From the NCBI RefSeq assembly GCF_001194135.2, contig NC_068987.1, positions 38,314,919-38,363,151 on the forward strand: 48,233 nucleotides of DNA, in the 5' to 3' direction. A program made the position numbers and the translations under genes. The stretch is from Octopus bimaculoides (lineage: Eukaryota). The number at the start of each line of letters is the position of its first letter. Position 1 is the first letter of the stretch. Below are positions 11,089 through 24,798 of this stretch, one piece after another. The notes below the pieces were generated by a model, which saw only the letters and a program-made list of their open reading frames with translations, made no database searches and was not told the origin of the DNA.

Positions 11089-11824
11089 TATCATCATCAT
11101 CATCATCGTTTAACGTCCACCTTCCATGCTAGTGTGGGTTGGACGATTTGACTGAGGACTGGTGAACCAGATGGCTACACCAGGCTCCAATCTGATTTGG
11201 CAGAGTTTCTACAGCTGGATGCCCTTCCTAACGCCAACCACTCAAAGAGTGTAGTGGGTGCTTTTATGCGCCACCGGCACGAAAGCCAGTCAGGCAGTAC
11301 TGGCAACGGCCATGCTCAAAATGGTGTATTTTACGTGCCACCTGCACAGGAGCCAGTCCAGCGGCACTGGTAACGATCTCACTCGAATATCTTTACACAT
11401 GCCAACGGCACAGCGGCACTGGCAATGATCTCGCTCGAATGTCTTTACACGTGCCACCGGCACAAGTGCGAGGATGGCGACCCTGGGCACAGGTGCCATC
11501 ACGATTTCGCTTTCGCTTGCCCCAACAGGTCTTCGCAAGTCGAGTTTTGTGTCCAAAGAAGGAGACGGCATTGGTATGAATGCCAGTAGAATTTAGTTCG
11601 ATTTCGATTTCACTTGCCTCAACAGGTCTTCACAAGCAGAGTTTAGTGTCCAATGAAGGAAGGTACGCATAAGTGGGATGGCTAGACCCCCTGGCAGAGG
11701 CGTTGGATTTAGGTCTCACTTGGCTTGCTGGGTCTTCTCACGCACAGCATATTTCCAAAGGTCTCGGTCAGAAGTCATCGCCTTGGTGAGGCCCAATGTT
11801 CAAAGGTCTTGCCTCACCACCTCA
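11089..11824 (-). mobile_element. RTE LINE 3' UTR and extreme C-terminus, running into the assembly gap
   Basis: (ATC)n tail and cgtttaacgtcc..gctggatgcccttcctaacgccaacc, shared with the 6203-6950 and 32150-32757 copies. ORF end EVVRQDL adjoins the Ns. Confidence 0.9.
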
Positions 11825-12706
11825 NNNNNNNNNNNNNNNNNNNNNNNNNNNNNNNNNNNNNNNNNNNNNNNNNNNNNNNNNNNNNNNNNNNNNNNNNNNN
11901 NNNNNNNNNNNNNNNNNNNNNNNNNNNNNNNNNNNNNNNNNNNNNNNNNNNNNNNNNNNNNNNNNNNNNNNNNNNNNNNNNNNNNNNNNNNNNNNNNNNN
12001 NNNNNNNNNNNNNNNNNNNNNNNNNNNNNNNNNNNNNNNNNNNNNNNNNNNNNNNNNNNNNNNNNNNNNNNNNNNNNNNNNNNNNNNNNNNNNNNNNNNN
12101 NNNNNNNNNNNNNNNNNNNNNNNNNNNNNNNNNNNNNNNNNNNNNNNNNNNNNNNNNNNNNNNNNNNNNNNNNNNNNNNNNNNNNNNNNNNNNNNNNNNN
12201 NNNNNNNNNNNNNNNNNNNNNNNNNNNNNNNNNNNNNNNNNNNNNNNNNNNNNNNNNNNNNNNNNNNNNNNNNNNNNNNNNNNNNNNNNNNNNNNNNNNN
12301 NNNNNNNNNNNNNNNNNNNNNNNNNNNNNNNNNNNNNNNNNNNNNNNNNNNNNNNNNNNNNNNNNNNNNNNNNNNNNNNNNNNNNNNNNNNNNNNNNNNN
12401 NNNNNNNNNNNNNNNNNNNNNNNNNNNNNNNNNNNNNNNNNNNNNNNNNNNNNNNNNNNNNNNNNNNNNNNNNNNNNNNNNNNNNNNNNNNNNNNNNNNN
12501 NNNNNNNNNNNNNNNNNNNNNNNNNNNNNNNNNNNNNNNNNNNNNNNNNNNNNNNNNNNNNNNNNNNNNNNNNNNNNNNNNNNNNNNNNNNNNNNNNNNN
12601 NNNNNNNNNNNNNNNNNNNNNNNNNNNNNNNNNNNNNNNNNNNNNNNNNNNNNNNNNNNNNNNNNNNNNNNNNNNNNNNNNNNNNNNNNNNNNNNNNNNN
12701 NNNNNN
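11825..12706. other. Assembly gap (882 N)
   Basis: Run of N. Confidence 1.
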
Positions 12707-13019
12707 AAAATAAACACAGTTGGTATTGGTTTGAGGTTCAGCTAATTGGGAAAGAAGCAAAAAAAAAGTCTTTAACATTGTGGGTATACCATCTTCTGAA
12801 AAACAAAACTGATATAGAAAAAATAGAATGCAGAAAGAAAACTGGAGAAATTGAAATGCTCATGTGTCCAACCATCACAGCATGGTGAATGACTGGAAAC
12901 AGTAGAGAGGTTGTTTTAGGCATGAGTGGTAAGTGGGACAGCTCTGAAACTGAAGTGTGTGTGTGTGTGTGTGTGTGTGTAAGGTTGTTGTGTACTTGTA
13001 TACTGGATACACATGTTTC

Positions 13020-13200
13020 TGTGAAGCAGAGGTGACATAAGTGTGTGTTTGGGTGGGGAAATATATATATATATACACATGATGGACTTCTTCCAGTTTC
13101 CATCTACCAAATCCACTGAAGGCTTTGGTCAACCTAGGACTACTGTAGGAGACAGTTGCCCAAGTTGCCATGCAGTTGAGCTGAACCTGAAACTATGTGG
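13020..13200 (-). mobile_element. SINE family A fragment
   Basis: Reverse complement of the family A body (ttccagtttccatctaccaaatccact..ggctttggtc..ttgcccaag..gaacctgaaactatgtggtt). Confidence 0.75.
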
Positions 13201-15589
13201 TTTATATATCAGGTGTATGTTTTTAAATCTTGAGATATTATTTATAGAATGCCTCTATATATTAATATGCAATAAAATTTATTTTAGAGGAAAGGAATTT
13301 GATTAAATCTTCAGGTATTTTTTAAATTATAGCATGATATATATTTTGACCGATTTTATCAACATCATCTTTGTATCTGCTTGATGCACCAACATGCACC
13401 TTGTTTCACCACTGTTCATCCTGTCTCTCACTGACTTCACTTGGCTCCATCCTGAAGCACCAAACACTATATTACTGTACACCGTCTCTGGTTTATGAGA
13501 TTCCTCTTCCACCATAATTTTGAATTATTCACAATTATTCTGTCTTTAGAAATTTTTGTTCATTCTAATTTCCATTAATTACTGTAGCCTCAAAATCATA
13601 ATCTTTGTTACATTCCAGGTATCTATAATAGCTATTTCCTGACAGACAGGTAACAATCATAATCATTTTCTGTTTATTTAATTATTTATTTTATATATCT
13701 AATTTATATTTGCTTGCATATTTCATAGAGTATTAATTGAATTTTTTTTTAGTAGTATTAAACTAATTCAACAAAATTGGTAATATGTTTTTCCTGGGGA
13801 TATAAATAAGAACTTTGAAAATCCACACAAGTATCCTTGTGTTAACTATAACAGAATTCCCTATTTATTGAAAGCAATAGCTCCCTTTTATAAATGTATT
13901 AGTGGCCCAGTGAACTGTAATGTTTTTACCTTTAGTTTAGCAGTAGTATTATATATACATTCAGAAATTAAATCATTTGATAACCATCGGATATTAAACG
14001 TCTGCAAAGGAGATGAATAGTCTATAAAACAATAATAATTTTACAAAAAATTAATATGATACATCAATTAGAAATTTAATAATTTTCATATTCTTAAATG
14101 TAAGTTAATTACAATTTAACACATTAGCTAGGTATTTGTAGGAGAAAGGGAAAGAGAGATCTTCCATATTATTATTATTTATCAAATACCCAGACTTCTG
14201 CATAGTACTTAAAAGCTGGAAGGAGCAAGTGGATTTGAAGATATCCCTTGTATTCGCAAGCCATATTGCAGTGGCAATGCAATGCCCTGATCTTTTGACT
14301 TGACAAAAAATGGGACCTTGGGAACTATGGAGTGTAACTTATGAAAGGAAGAGCATAAAATGGGAAAGACTTGGAGAACCAGGTGAGGTGAGAATGAAGG
14401 TCACAGCGTATAGTGTATGACATCCCAATCGAGGTAGGATGTCATGGGCTTGTGGCTTAATCCACAATGTCCTTCTTGGCTTGTATTGGATTTAGAAAGG
14501 AAAGGTGAAAGAGAAAATGCTTCATTGTGAATATGGAAGATATATCTGAGAGAAAGGTCAAAACTGAGAGCAAATCTTCAGTAAGGGTTAAAATGAAATC
14601 CTTGTTACATGGTTGGAGTAGTTACAGCTGCTCTCAGCTTATTATGGTGGCTGCGTGGATGATGAAAAAAGAAAGGGGATGCTACCATGTAGATCAAAGC
14701 AACATAGACATTCTCTGGTAACAATAATGCCGTCCAGCATCACTGGAGGGAACATTGCCTTCAAAAGATACCAGACATGTCAGGGGGTCGCCAGTCAACA
14801 TCTAATGAAAATATATTATATTGGTGTATCATTTCCCTGAAAGGAAGTTGGTCTGGACACATCAAAGCAATTTTTTTTATGCTAGAAAGAAGACAGAGTT
14901 GATTACTTCAACAATATATTTTTCTTTGTCTATTAAGATTCAAATATTTTTTTGCAAAAGTTAAAGTAACACTTATAATCTGTCTCTTGTAAAACTGACT
15001 TTATCAACTTTAATATAGAAGCATTGATATTTGCCTGCAAATAGTTGAAAATAGCTATCTTTTAAAAGTACATATCTATTTATGATAAAATTATGAATCT
15101 CATGAATCAAGTTAAGAGGTAGTTGGGTTTTTTTCTTTAATTAGAGAAATATATCACTACTTTTTTCATTTTTAAATATATCATCTATACAACTTGAGTT
15201 TTGCTTCTTTGATAAACCAAATGTTCACTTGAAATGGTAGTTTAACCTACCTACTAAATTATTCTTTTTCTGCTTTGTTTTTCTTAGTACATTTATATGG
15301 GTTTCATTATTTTCTTTTTTCTTCTATGTTTATATTTTCCTCAGTAAAATATAATTGGTAGAATAGACTGAATTCTCAATCCACTTTATTCCTTTTTATT
15401 GGCAATTTTATCTAAAAACAAAAAAAAAAAAGGCATATTTTACTTTGTCAAAGGAGCATGAAACAAAATGTTTTTAGTATAAATAAGAAAGAAAAATAAA
15501 CAAATAGAACATGCAACTTTATTTTATATATTTTTAATGAGAATTCATAAGTAGAATTTATTTCTACACTTATATACATGCATGTACCA

Positions 15590-15930
15590 GCAATTCTGAT
15601 GGGAGTGGTTAACCAATTTCATCAACTTTTGTATTTGATTGGTATTTTAACAAAAGGTTGAAAGGCAAAAATAACCCTGGCAGGATTTGAAATCAAAAAG
15701 CAAAGTCTAAAGAAATACCATAATGCATTTTTTTCTGAGCCTCTAATGATTCTTTCTAATTTAGATACAAATGAAGGTAGTTAACTGGTAACATCAACCC
15801 CAGTACTTGACTGGTATTTATTTTATCAACCTCAAAAGGATGAAAAATGAATTTGGCCTTGTTGGAATTTTAGCTCAGAATGTAAAGAGAGACTAAGTAT
15901 TTTACCCAGCAGGCTAACAATTCTACATAC
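15590..15930 (-). mobile_element. Two diverged tandem SINE family B copies
   Basis: Each contains the reversed body (aaaaggatgaaa..gg(c/a)atttga..ctcagaatgtaaa..) followed by ..ctaacaattct. Confidence 0.65.
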
Positions 15931-18099
15931 TTTGTACCTTGCTTAGATTATGGGATATTTGTTTTTCCACAATCAACCTTTAAACATTCATGATTAACTT
16001 ACCTTCTTGAAATTCCATTCATAATGTTATTGATTGGCTGATGGTGTACCAGATATTTAATATTGATTTGAAAAAGAAAAAAAAACACTGGCATCAATAA
16101 AATTATTACACTTATGACATGAAAATTGTTTTAAAGAAAAATTCATTACAAACAAGCTTGCCATAAGATTGTATTTTTAATATGAATAAATGAACAGATT
16201 ATATTTTAGTCAGTGCTGAAAGTTTAATTCCAATCTACTCTGTCTGAGAATAATTCATATGAAATTCCTCTTTTAAAGTTTTTATTGTCAGTTATTTATT
16301 TTTATCATAGAAATTTGTCTAAAAGCCAACTTATATGGTTAAAGTATTGATCTACTGGTCATATGATTACAGGTCAAATACTTATTGCTTTTAATGTGTT
16401 ATGTCTCGATGAAAGGTACTTAACTGTCTTACCATAGTTTGTCCGACTCATAAATGGTCCCTGCTTTATGACTAGCGCTAGTGTTGGTTGTGAGAATTTA
16501 TATTTACCATGAAACTTTACAGACATACATCTGCTGACAGTTCAAAAATTGTTGGCATGAATTTTTATGGGAAACAACTCTTGTTTATTAAATCTCATTT
16601 GTTAGCCAACTATGCTTAGGAATTTTAAGAGAGTAACTGTGGAACAACAAGCATATTATAAGCCAAGTAAGGTACAAAATATTGTTCACCCTTCTGTATG
16701 GATCAGTGGCATGGATGTTGTATCATAAACTGGTAAAAATTATTCATAGAATCCCTACCTGTTGAGATAGTTTATATTCTTCACACCTCAATAATAATGA
16801 GATAATATAAATACTTTTTGATAAGTATTAAATATACAAGTACACTGATAAGACCAAAGTCATGAATTTTATATCCTATTGTAGGTATTTCATTGTATCT
16901 TTGACTAGATACAATGCAGTTGGAGAATAGACATCAAGTCTTACTTTAGAACACTCTTAAGATCATGAAAGCAGAAAACGATATGCTAAAAGACAGAAAG
17001 ATGTGAAAAGATGATAACAAGCATTAGTGAATGTTACTATGATTTTATTTTTTCATTGAACTCTATATTTTATTATTTCACTTATTTCTTAAGATTGTAG
17101 TTTTTATATGGATTAATCATGAGAAGGAAAGGTGTATCCCATGACTTGTGCTGGCCTCTAAGATTGCTGATTGTGATATGATTGTTTACATCAACAACTG
17201 TGGCAAAATGCATGATTGTAGATGCAGCCAAAGGAGAAGCAGATTGAAAAAACAGCATGGTTATCGGGTTGCAGTATGTCTCTCAATGAGTCTTTGATAC
17301 TCAGCTGAATGGCTTTCCTTTAAACATGATCTAGGTTGTTTGTGTGCATAGTAGCACTGATTGTGCCTGTTGTATAGTAGTAGTAGTTGTAGTAGTAGTA
17401 CTAGTAAGAGCAGAAGCACTTTTACAGATGTGTGTGTGTGGTGGTAGTAGTAGTAGCAGCACTATACAAGCTGTTTGTGTGTATGTGTAGAAGCACTGTC
17501 ATAGATGTTGAACCAGGACATGAATGCGTGTACATGCACATGTGTATGCACAATAAAGTGATTACTATTGCATTGATGAGGCTTATATGAGTGAAAAAAA
17601 TATTGCTGGTTAATAAAATAACTCTTTAAAAACATACAAATTAGATTTGTTTTGTTGTTATATTTATCAAGTGACAGAATAATAATGAGCAATTCCACAG
17701 AGCTGGCTCTGTAAAGATTGTGTTTTTCTTGTTATTTGGTCACCCTGCAAGAAGCAAAACAAGCCCCATCTAAGGATGGATGAACTCAGAGGAGTCAGTG
17801 GTCATCTAGATAGCATTTCTGTATTAGTACTGCCAATGGAAATATTACAGCTCTAAACAGCAGTAACAGCAGTAACAATAATAATGAATATCACATATAC
17901 AAAAATGGCAGAGAATGTCTTCATGGGGATAAATCTACACTGAGGGAAGAGAGTCCTTTTCACCCTGGCTTGGGAATCCCATAGAGATGGTATCTTGATA
18001 AAAACACAGGTTGTGACAACTCACTAACACAGCCTTTTCTATGAGTGTAATTCCAAATAAAAATCATCACAGCTGTGTTCATGTGACCCAAATCCCAAG

Positions 18100-20430
18100 T
18101 GAAGATCTCTCACACAGCAAGTGCTCCACTGTGCAGTATGGTGGACCTGGTTGGTATCTATACACTACTACAAAAATTAGGAGAAAATGGACTCAAATAA
18201 CTATAGCCCTATCAAAACAGGATGTCAGAGAAAGACATGTTCCCTATCATGGACCAAAGATTTCTAGACCAAAATATTTAATCATAAAAAGGCAGTGGCT
18301 ATCCCAGTTGGAATGGGAGATCTCCCCAATAGTGAAAGAGAGTAAACATGATTACCCTGAACAGAAGAACAAAAAGCAAAACAAGGATTTGTAGAGAGAA
18401 AAATAAATTCCCACAAAAGAAACAGCTGCTTGGATGATGGTAAACTTTACTTTGTGGAGGGAAAGACTGTTACAAAGGAAGAAAGGAGCTTACTGAATGA
18501 GGCACGAATAGTGAAATAAAGATGCTATCATCTTTGAGAGGAATTGAAATAGGAAAACTATCTAAATAGGGAAAAAGATGGATAGATTATTAACGAAAAT
18601 CTACAGCATTAACATAACTGATCTAAATGGCCTTACGTACTGCACAGCCTCTGTAGCTGTGCAAACTCTTGGGGTTAAAAGTGAAAGAAAAAGAAAAGTC
18701 AAAATCCCATGATGAGAAGGAAGGCTTGAGAACCAACTTGTATTGCTCAGGAGGAACCTGGGATGGAAGAGGATGAGGGTTAAGATACAAGAACAAACTG
18801 CAAAGGAAGCACAACATAAGACACAAAGAACTGAAGTAGTTAAAGAGGAACTAAGACAAAGAATCAAAGCAGTGTTGGGCAAAAAATATATATATACCAG
18901 TGGAGAACAAATCTGACCAGCAAAATAGACTCTTCAAGACCAACAAAAGAAAATTCTATAAGCAACTGAACAATGAAGAAAAGCATCAGGAAAATGTTAT
19001 GACAGATGCTGAAGCAGCCAGAAAAATCTAGACAGAAATCTGAAGCAAAGAAGTCCAACATAATATAAAAGAATTTAGTTGTTCGAGGGATCGATTATAG
19101 GAAGGCTTATGACAATATCCCACACAGCTGGCTCTTTGGACTGTCTGAGGACACTTGGAATCAAAGAGAAAATAAACTTTTTGGAGAAAGCAATGAGAGT
19201 GTGGAAAGTAGAACTGACATGTGCAAATGAATTGTTAGGAAACATGGAAACACACAGGAGCATTTTCCAAGGGGTCTCATTCTCTCCATTGCTCTTCATC
19301 ATTGCACTAATCATGAAGAGAGGCTGGAAGGTAAACACAAGACCACATCATCAGATTGCTGTGGAATAATGAAGGGCACAAATACCTTGGGGTACTACAA
19401 GATGATAGGATAATGGAAGAAGAAGAAATGAGAGAGAAAGTTACTAAAGAGTACAAGGTGAGAATAAGGAAGGTGCTTGAAACAAAATTAAATGGTGTGG
19501 GGAACATCATTAAAGCCATAAGTACATGGGCTATACCCATATTGAGATATTCTGCTCCATTTTTGAAATGGACAAAGGTCAAGCTACAGAACTTGGATAG
19601 AAGAACTAGAAAGCTGCTCACAATGCACTCTACCCTAAAAGTGATACCAACTGACTCTATACCCACCAAGGAAGGAAGTTGGCAGAAGATAAACACAGAA
19701 ATCACTACTGTGATACTGGGTCTGAAAATCTCTGTTGTGCATAGTAAAGAAAGAATACTTTTGACAGACAGGAATTTGAAATGAAGGACAGCAATGTTAA
19801 TTATCGCTGTTCAAGAACAAGCCTTTAGAATAAATCTGATAAAGACAAAGATCAACAAAATTCAGTCTGACACCAAATTTAAAATCTACAGGAAAGGAGG
19901 CAAAAGTATCAATCAGCTTTTGAATAAGTACAGTATACTAGCACAGAAAGAGTATAAGTGCAGACACGATTGTGAAGGCAAAAGAGTACATTAGGATGTT
20001 AGTTAAGTGTGTGGCTTCAAAACAACAGAAAAAGTGAACATTAACCAGACTATGATAGAAAATGACAATTTTCTTGTAAGATTTCCCCATAAAAACTGAC
20101 TATACCTTTAAAGGAAGAAGACCAAATATGATCATAGAGGACAAAATAAACAGGGTATGATTATAAATTTTATAATTCCCCATGATAGCAGAGTCAATAC
20201 CAAAGAAATCAAAAACATTGAGAAATACTAGGATCTAGCCAGAGAGCTGAAGAGACTGTGGAAGACCAAGACATTTATTCCTGTAGTAAATGGTGTACTT
20301 GGCACAATGCCTAAAGTACTCCCTAAAAGACTGAATGAGATTGGAATTGAAACTTGCAGTGTCAACCTGCAGAAAAGTACCAGCCTGTATTCTGCAAGAA
20401 TCCTAAGAAAGATTTTTGAGATTTGAGGTT
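18100..20430 (+). mobile_element. R4/Dong-type non-LTR retrotransposon (RT, CCHC knuckle, restriction-like endonuclease), internally deleted and decayed
   Basis: QNRLF..QKKFY; SIFQGVSFSPLLF; KYLGVLQDD..KEYKVRIRKVLETKLN; AVQEQAFR..LAQKEYKCRHD; RPNMI..IEKY.DLARELKRLW..PVV.GVLG..SARILRKIFEI*. The 5' boundary is approximate. Confidence 0.9.
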
Positions 20431-21089
20431 TATTGTCATCAAACATCATGATGAAATACCTAAGTAAATTAGCATACTCAAGCATAAAGATAATAATCAC
20501 ACATTACTCACCATTATTTTGAATTTTCATTTTTATCATGTAGTTCTGTTTTTCAATGTAACTACCATATTTGCTGGTGTATAAAAATGTACCTTTTTAA
20601 TTTTTAAACATATCAAAAATTTTCTGTGTCTAATGTGGCTATATTACAAATGGGAGATCAAGTGTCATAGACAATGAAGCTAGAAAAACATAATTCCATT
20701 TGGTGCAATAATTATTACTAATAATAAAATATTGAAAACTAGCCAAAATTTCATGATAGTCTGTCAGCACAAACTTGTAAAAAATTGCTTACAGTACATT
20801 GGCAGTTATGTAGGGAGAGCATAACATCTCATTATACCTCCTTCCTCAAAATATATAACCAACATCTGATAACGTTTCTTTGTCTAAATGAAAAATTCTC
20901 CCAGAAAGATGATAAGAATATTAACAAACTTTCATCCACTTGTCAGCAATTTGCAGTGAGCGAATGACAACAAAACCATAGCAGTAGTGCATCACTCTGG
21001 TCACTCATTACAGTTACATAAAATATCAGCAAATTTTACTACCTTACCACTAAATGCTACTACAATACTTACAAAATGCCCTTCTTTCT

Positions 21090-23050
21090 TCACTTGGCAT
21101 TTGGAAAATCTTTAATGAATTCTCCAAACTGTATCATTTTTTTATGTTCAAAAAGCACAGCACTTAGTATTTCATGGGTCATCATGTTTCTCAGATAAAT
21201 CTTTATCAGTCCCAATTTACTGAATAGCTTCTTTTCTGAACAATTAGTGGCCATCAAGCTCAATTATTTTCTAAGAGTTATATTAACACTTGGAAAGGTA
21301 TCATCAAGCTTTCATCATGGATTAAAAGTGTCTGCTGAGATGGAGTGATATATGAACTGATCTTGCAAAAGGTTGCAAACTACAATTTCTCTGAAAACAA
21401 TACTAAAATCACAGAGGAAAATAATGATGACTTTCTCAGCTTCAGTCTTATCTCTGCATCTGGTAAGCCACATATGTTGACTATGACTTTGAACTAGTCA
21501 TGTACTGATTAATAGGTGACCCTACAGGTGACCCTAAGGCAATAGAACTCATCTAAAAGAGCATTGAATATCCTGCATCTGAATTTTTCTCTTACATAAA
21601 AAACAACTTCCTCTGAGGTTGATGTTGAATTTACATCATGTTTATTTCTCTTCCTTGGCATATCTACTGTTTCTTTATAGTTTGTTTCTAGCATCTGATT
21701 CCAACTCTGTACTTATCCTGAAGTGATTTCAGAAAATTTTCCAATGAATCAGTTAAATCCAGCACTTTATTCAGATCAATTTCAACTCCTTGAAAGGCTT
21801 TATCTGTACTGTTGAACAGTGAAAGAATTATATTCCAGATGTTGGCCAGCTGAGAAGTTTCAAGATAACCTATTTTGTCTACCAATGTCTGAACTTCATA
21901 TCTTGCTTCAGGTGTTTGTTCCAAATCATCTTCAATATCACAAAGTACATTTTGGATACATCCATCAGTGAGGGCTTCAATAACATTAGCTCTTGCTGAC
22001 CAAGTGTATGTCAAACATTTCAAAGTTAGTACTCTTTCATTTCCTTCCCATGATTTTATAAATCCTTTAGCATTCAGAATACTCTGTCTAATGTAATGCT
22101 TATTTATTCACATTGTTTTGAATTAATCATGCATTATATTGTATCTTAAAGATTTTGATGATGTATCTGTTTAATTTTACAATGACATTGCAGTTTAAGT
22201 GTAAGAAGCTGGACATGGTCAGTTTGAACTGACCATGTCCAGCTTCTTATTTTCCTTAAGTCTGGCTTGCATTCCTGTGTCATGACCTGACATATTACTG
22301 GCACTGTCATAGGACTGCTTCCTGCAGTCTTCAAAATTTATACTCTCTTTTTAAAGAAATTCTAATAGAAATGTAGCTAGTACTTGAGTGTTTTTATAAC
22401 CAATCTGTAGTAAAGTTAAAGTAAAGTTTCTATCAGTTTTCCAGAAACAATGTAACATACAATAATTGTTAACTGGTCAACATGAGTCCAATCTGGTGTT
22501 TATTCTAAAGACATTGAGTAATACGTTTTAAGTTTTGTTACTATATTATTCTTAACATATTTTGCCATCAACAGAACAATTTCTTCATAGACAAAAGGTG
22601 ATAAGTATAACTGTTTACCACTTCCAAGAATGCCAAATCTTTTGAGTGGCCCATCAGAAATGGCTCAAATTGTCCAATAAGTTCCATAATTCTCCCAAAA
22701 TTTTCATCGTGCTTAAATCCTATGATCTCTTCACTAGAAATACTCCCTCAGCTAGAAATACTGCCATGGCCACAACACAGTTCAGTACTTCAGTCTAGTA
22801 TTTCCTATTTCCCTGCACTCATTTTATCGACTCCTTGTCAACATAAGATTCCCTTTAAAAATCATTGTACTTCAACACAGAATCTCTGTGCCCTTGGCTG
22901 TGTTCATGTGTTTTTGTTTTTGTTTTTCTCCAATTATTAAAACTATCCTTGTTTGAAAACCTGTCATGTTAGCTCAGCATCACAGTACAATACGAATAAT
23001 AAACTGCGCTCTTTGATGGCCTGTACTTTCTCAAATGTTGCTGACTTTGT
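21090..23050 (-). pseudogene. hAT (Tip100/ZMYM1-like) transposase fossil
   Basis: Minus strand reads YYSMSL..TPDWTHVDQLT, DCRKQSYDSASNMSG..GMQARLKE, TWSARANVIEAL and C-terminal dimerisation-domain TFPSVNITLR..TNCSEKKLFSKL.LIK.YLR. TIRs not found. Confidence 0.88.
22202..22249. repeat. Near-perfect 48-bp palindrome (23-bp arms, 2-nt TG centre)
   Basis: taagaagctggacatggtcagtt-tg-aactgaccatgtccagcttctta. Confidence 0.95.
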
Positions 23051-23149
23051 CATGAATGTTATAAAACATTGAACTATTAAAATAATGATAGTGCCCATCC
23101 AGGTTGCTTTCACCTGATTGATAATGGCATCAAGTTTCTGACCATACCA

Positions 23150-23500
23150 TTAAAACAAGAAGACCAGTGAGATAGAGGATTAAAAAAAAAAGCAAACTAT
23201 GTAAAATCATAGACTTGTAATATCACATGCTAAAAGAGTGGGTGCCAAAGAAATTAAGGAAATTGATAAATATCAGGACCTAATCAGCAAGAGGAAAAGA
23301 TTGTGAAAAAATATGACAACAGTTATTTTGATGGTAACTGATGCACTTGGCACAGCACCCAAAATGCCACCTAAGAAGCTGAAGGATATTGAATTGAGAC
23401 TTGCATTGACAACAGGCAGAAAAGTGCAATGTTGTATTCTGTAAGAATCCTACGAAAGATTCTTGAGATAGAGGAGAGGTGGTGTCACCAAACCTCAAGA
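23150..23500 (+). mobile_element. R4/Dong-type element 3' fragment (RLE domain)
   Basis: EIKEIDKYQDL..KRLW..DALGT.PK..KKLKDI..QKSAMLYSVRILRKILEI*, homologous to 20100-20430. Confidence 0.85.
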
Positions 23501-24059
23501 CAACATTCCTATTAACTAAAACAGCATGTAATAGTTTTAATGATAATAATAAATCAGAAGAAAAGAGGAAATTACTTTATTTTTTTTACTAGAAATGAAA
23601 GAACAAGGATGTTTTGAATTAAAGAAAAAAAAATGATTTTCAATCTGAATCAGGTTTTTATGCATGAATTATTTGTGTTTATTTTGAGTATAAACAACCA
23701 GTTCATTGTTGAAGGTGGGGCTGTTATTTGCTGCTGGTGATTCTCTTTTTTATACATACAGAGAAGTGATGAACTCTAGAAAGGCAAGATGATTTCCACT
23801 GAAAGTAACTGTTATAATTTGAAATGATGGAGAAGTTTTATTTAGACTGAAACATCATTTTAAAATTTCTTCTCCACATTGGCATATGCATCACAAATTG
23901 ACAGGAGCTGGAGAATTAAATCTTGTACATATTTTAGAAGTTTTGGAGAGATGAAAAGTGAAATCAACTTCATTGGAGTTTGATCTTAAAATGTGATGGA
24001 TTAGGGTGAAAGTAAATCCAGTAACAAATTTAGTCTAATACTGTTGCATCTCCTTGTCT

Positions 24060-24540
24060 TTGTTCTCTATAAGAATAAGAATAATGTTTTCAGATTTAGA
24101 CACTAAGCCAGCAGTTTTGAAAGGTGGGGCTAGCTGATACAAGCAAACCCACTTCTAAACTTAAAATTTATTATAGTGATCCTGTAATGATGAAAGCAGA
24201 GCTGAACTCCAAACATAAAGCATTGTAATTCAACACTATGAGATTTTTTCTCCAGTGCTCTTGTGATTCTACCACTCCATCTCTGCTCTTGCTACCACTG
24301 GTGGTGGTGGTGGTGGTTCTTGTTCTTCTTTATTCTAATTTTGTCACAAGACCAGCAATATTCAGGTTAAGCGGAAAGTCAGTTACATCAAATTCCAATG
24401 ACTGAGAGTTTACTTTATCAACCCTGAAAGTATGAAAGACAAAGTTGATTTTGACAAGATTTGAACTTAGAACATAAGGAGCTGAAAGAAACATTTAGTC
24501 TGATGTGCTAACAAAGCTTCCAGCTCACCAGATTTTATTA
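24060..24540 (-). mobile_element. Two diverged SINE family B copies
   Basis: Reversed family B motifs at ~24090-24260 and ~24340-24530 (gaaagacaaagttga..atttgaacttagaac..tgctaacaaag..ccagctcacc). Confidence 0.65.
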
Positions 24541-24733
24541 TAATAATAATAACTAGCAAGACCTGTGAATATTTCACAGAATCAATGGTAAACCTATTGG
24601 GTTATTTCTGAAAGCTTTATCCCAAAAACCTAATAGTGTAGCCTGTGTTGTGTCTGTATCGAAAGATAGTCACTCATCTGCTACTCATTGAAAAGTGAAA
24701 GAAATTGGAATACAATGATTACTTAATGCACTT

Positions 24734-24737
24734 TATA

Positions 24738-24798
<61 letters not shown>
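24734..24798. repeat. (TA)n/(TG)/(CA) compound microsatellite
   Basis: Read directly. Confidence 0.95.

Noticed and set aside
11678-12888. Long ORFs of 305-387 aa in the ORF track
   Set aside because: They consist almost entirely of X translated from the 882-N gap.
13327-13515. 62-aa minus-strand ORF in non-repeat sequence
   Set aside because: No recognisable domain or credible splice sites.
14185-14880. Moderately GC-rich block resembling an old LINE 3' end on the minus strand
   Set aside because: I could not recover convincing RT motifs; it needs a repeat-library search.
16606-16671. Possible small exon (PTMLRNFKRVTVEQQAYYKPSK) between AG and GT
   Set aside because: Weak splice context, unrecognised peptide and no partner exons; expected by chance.
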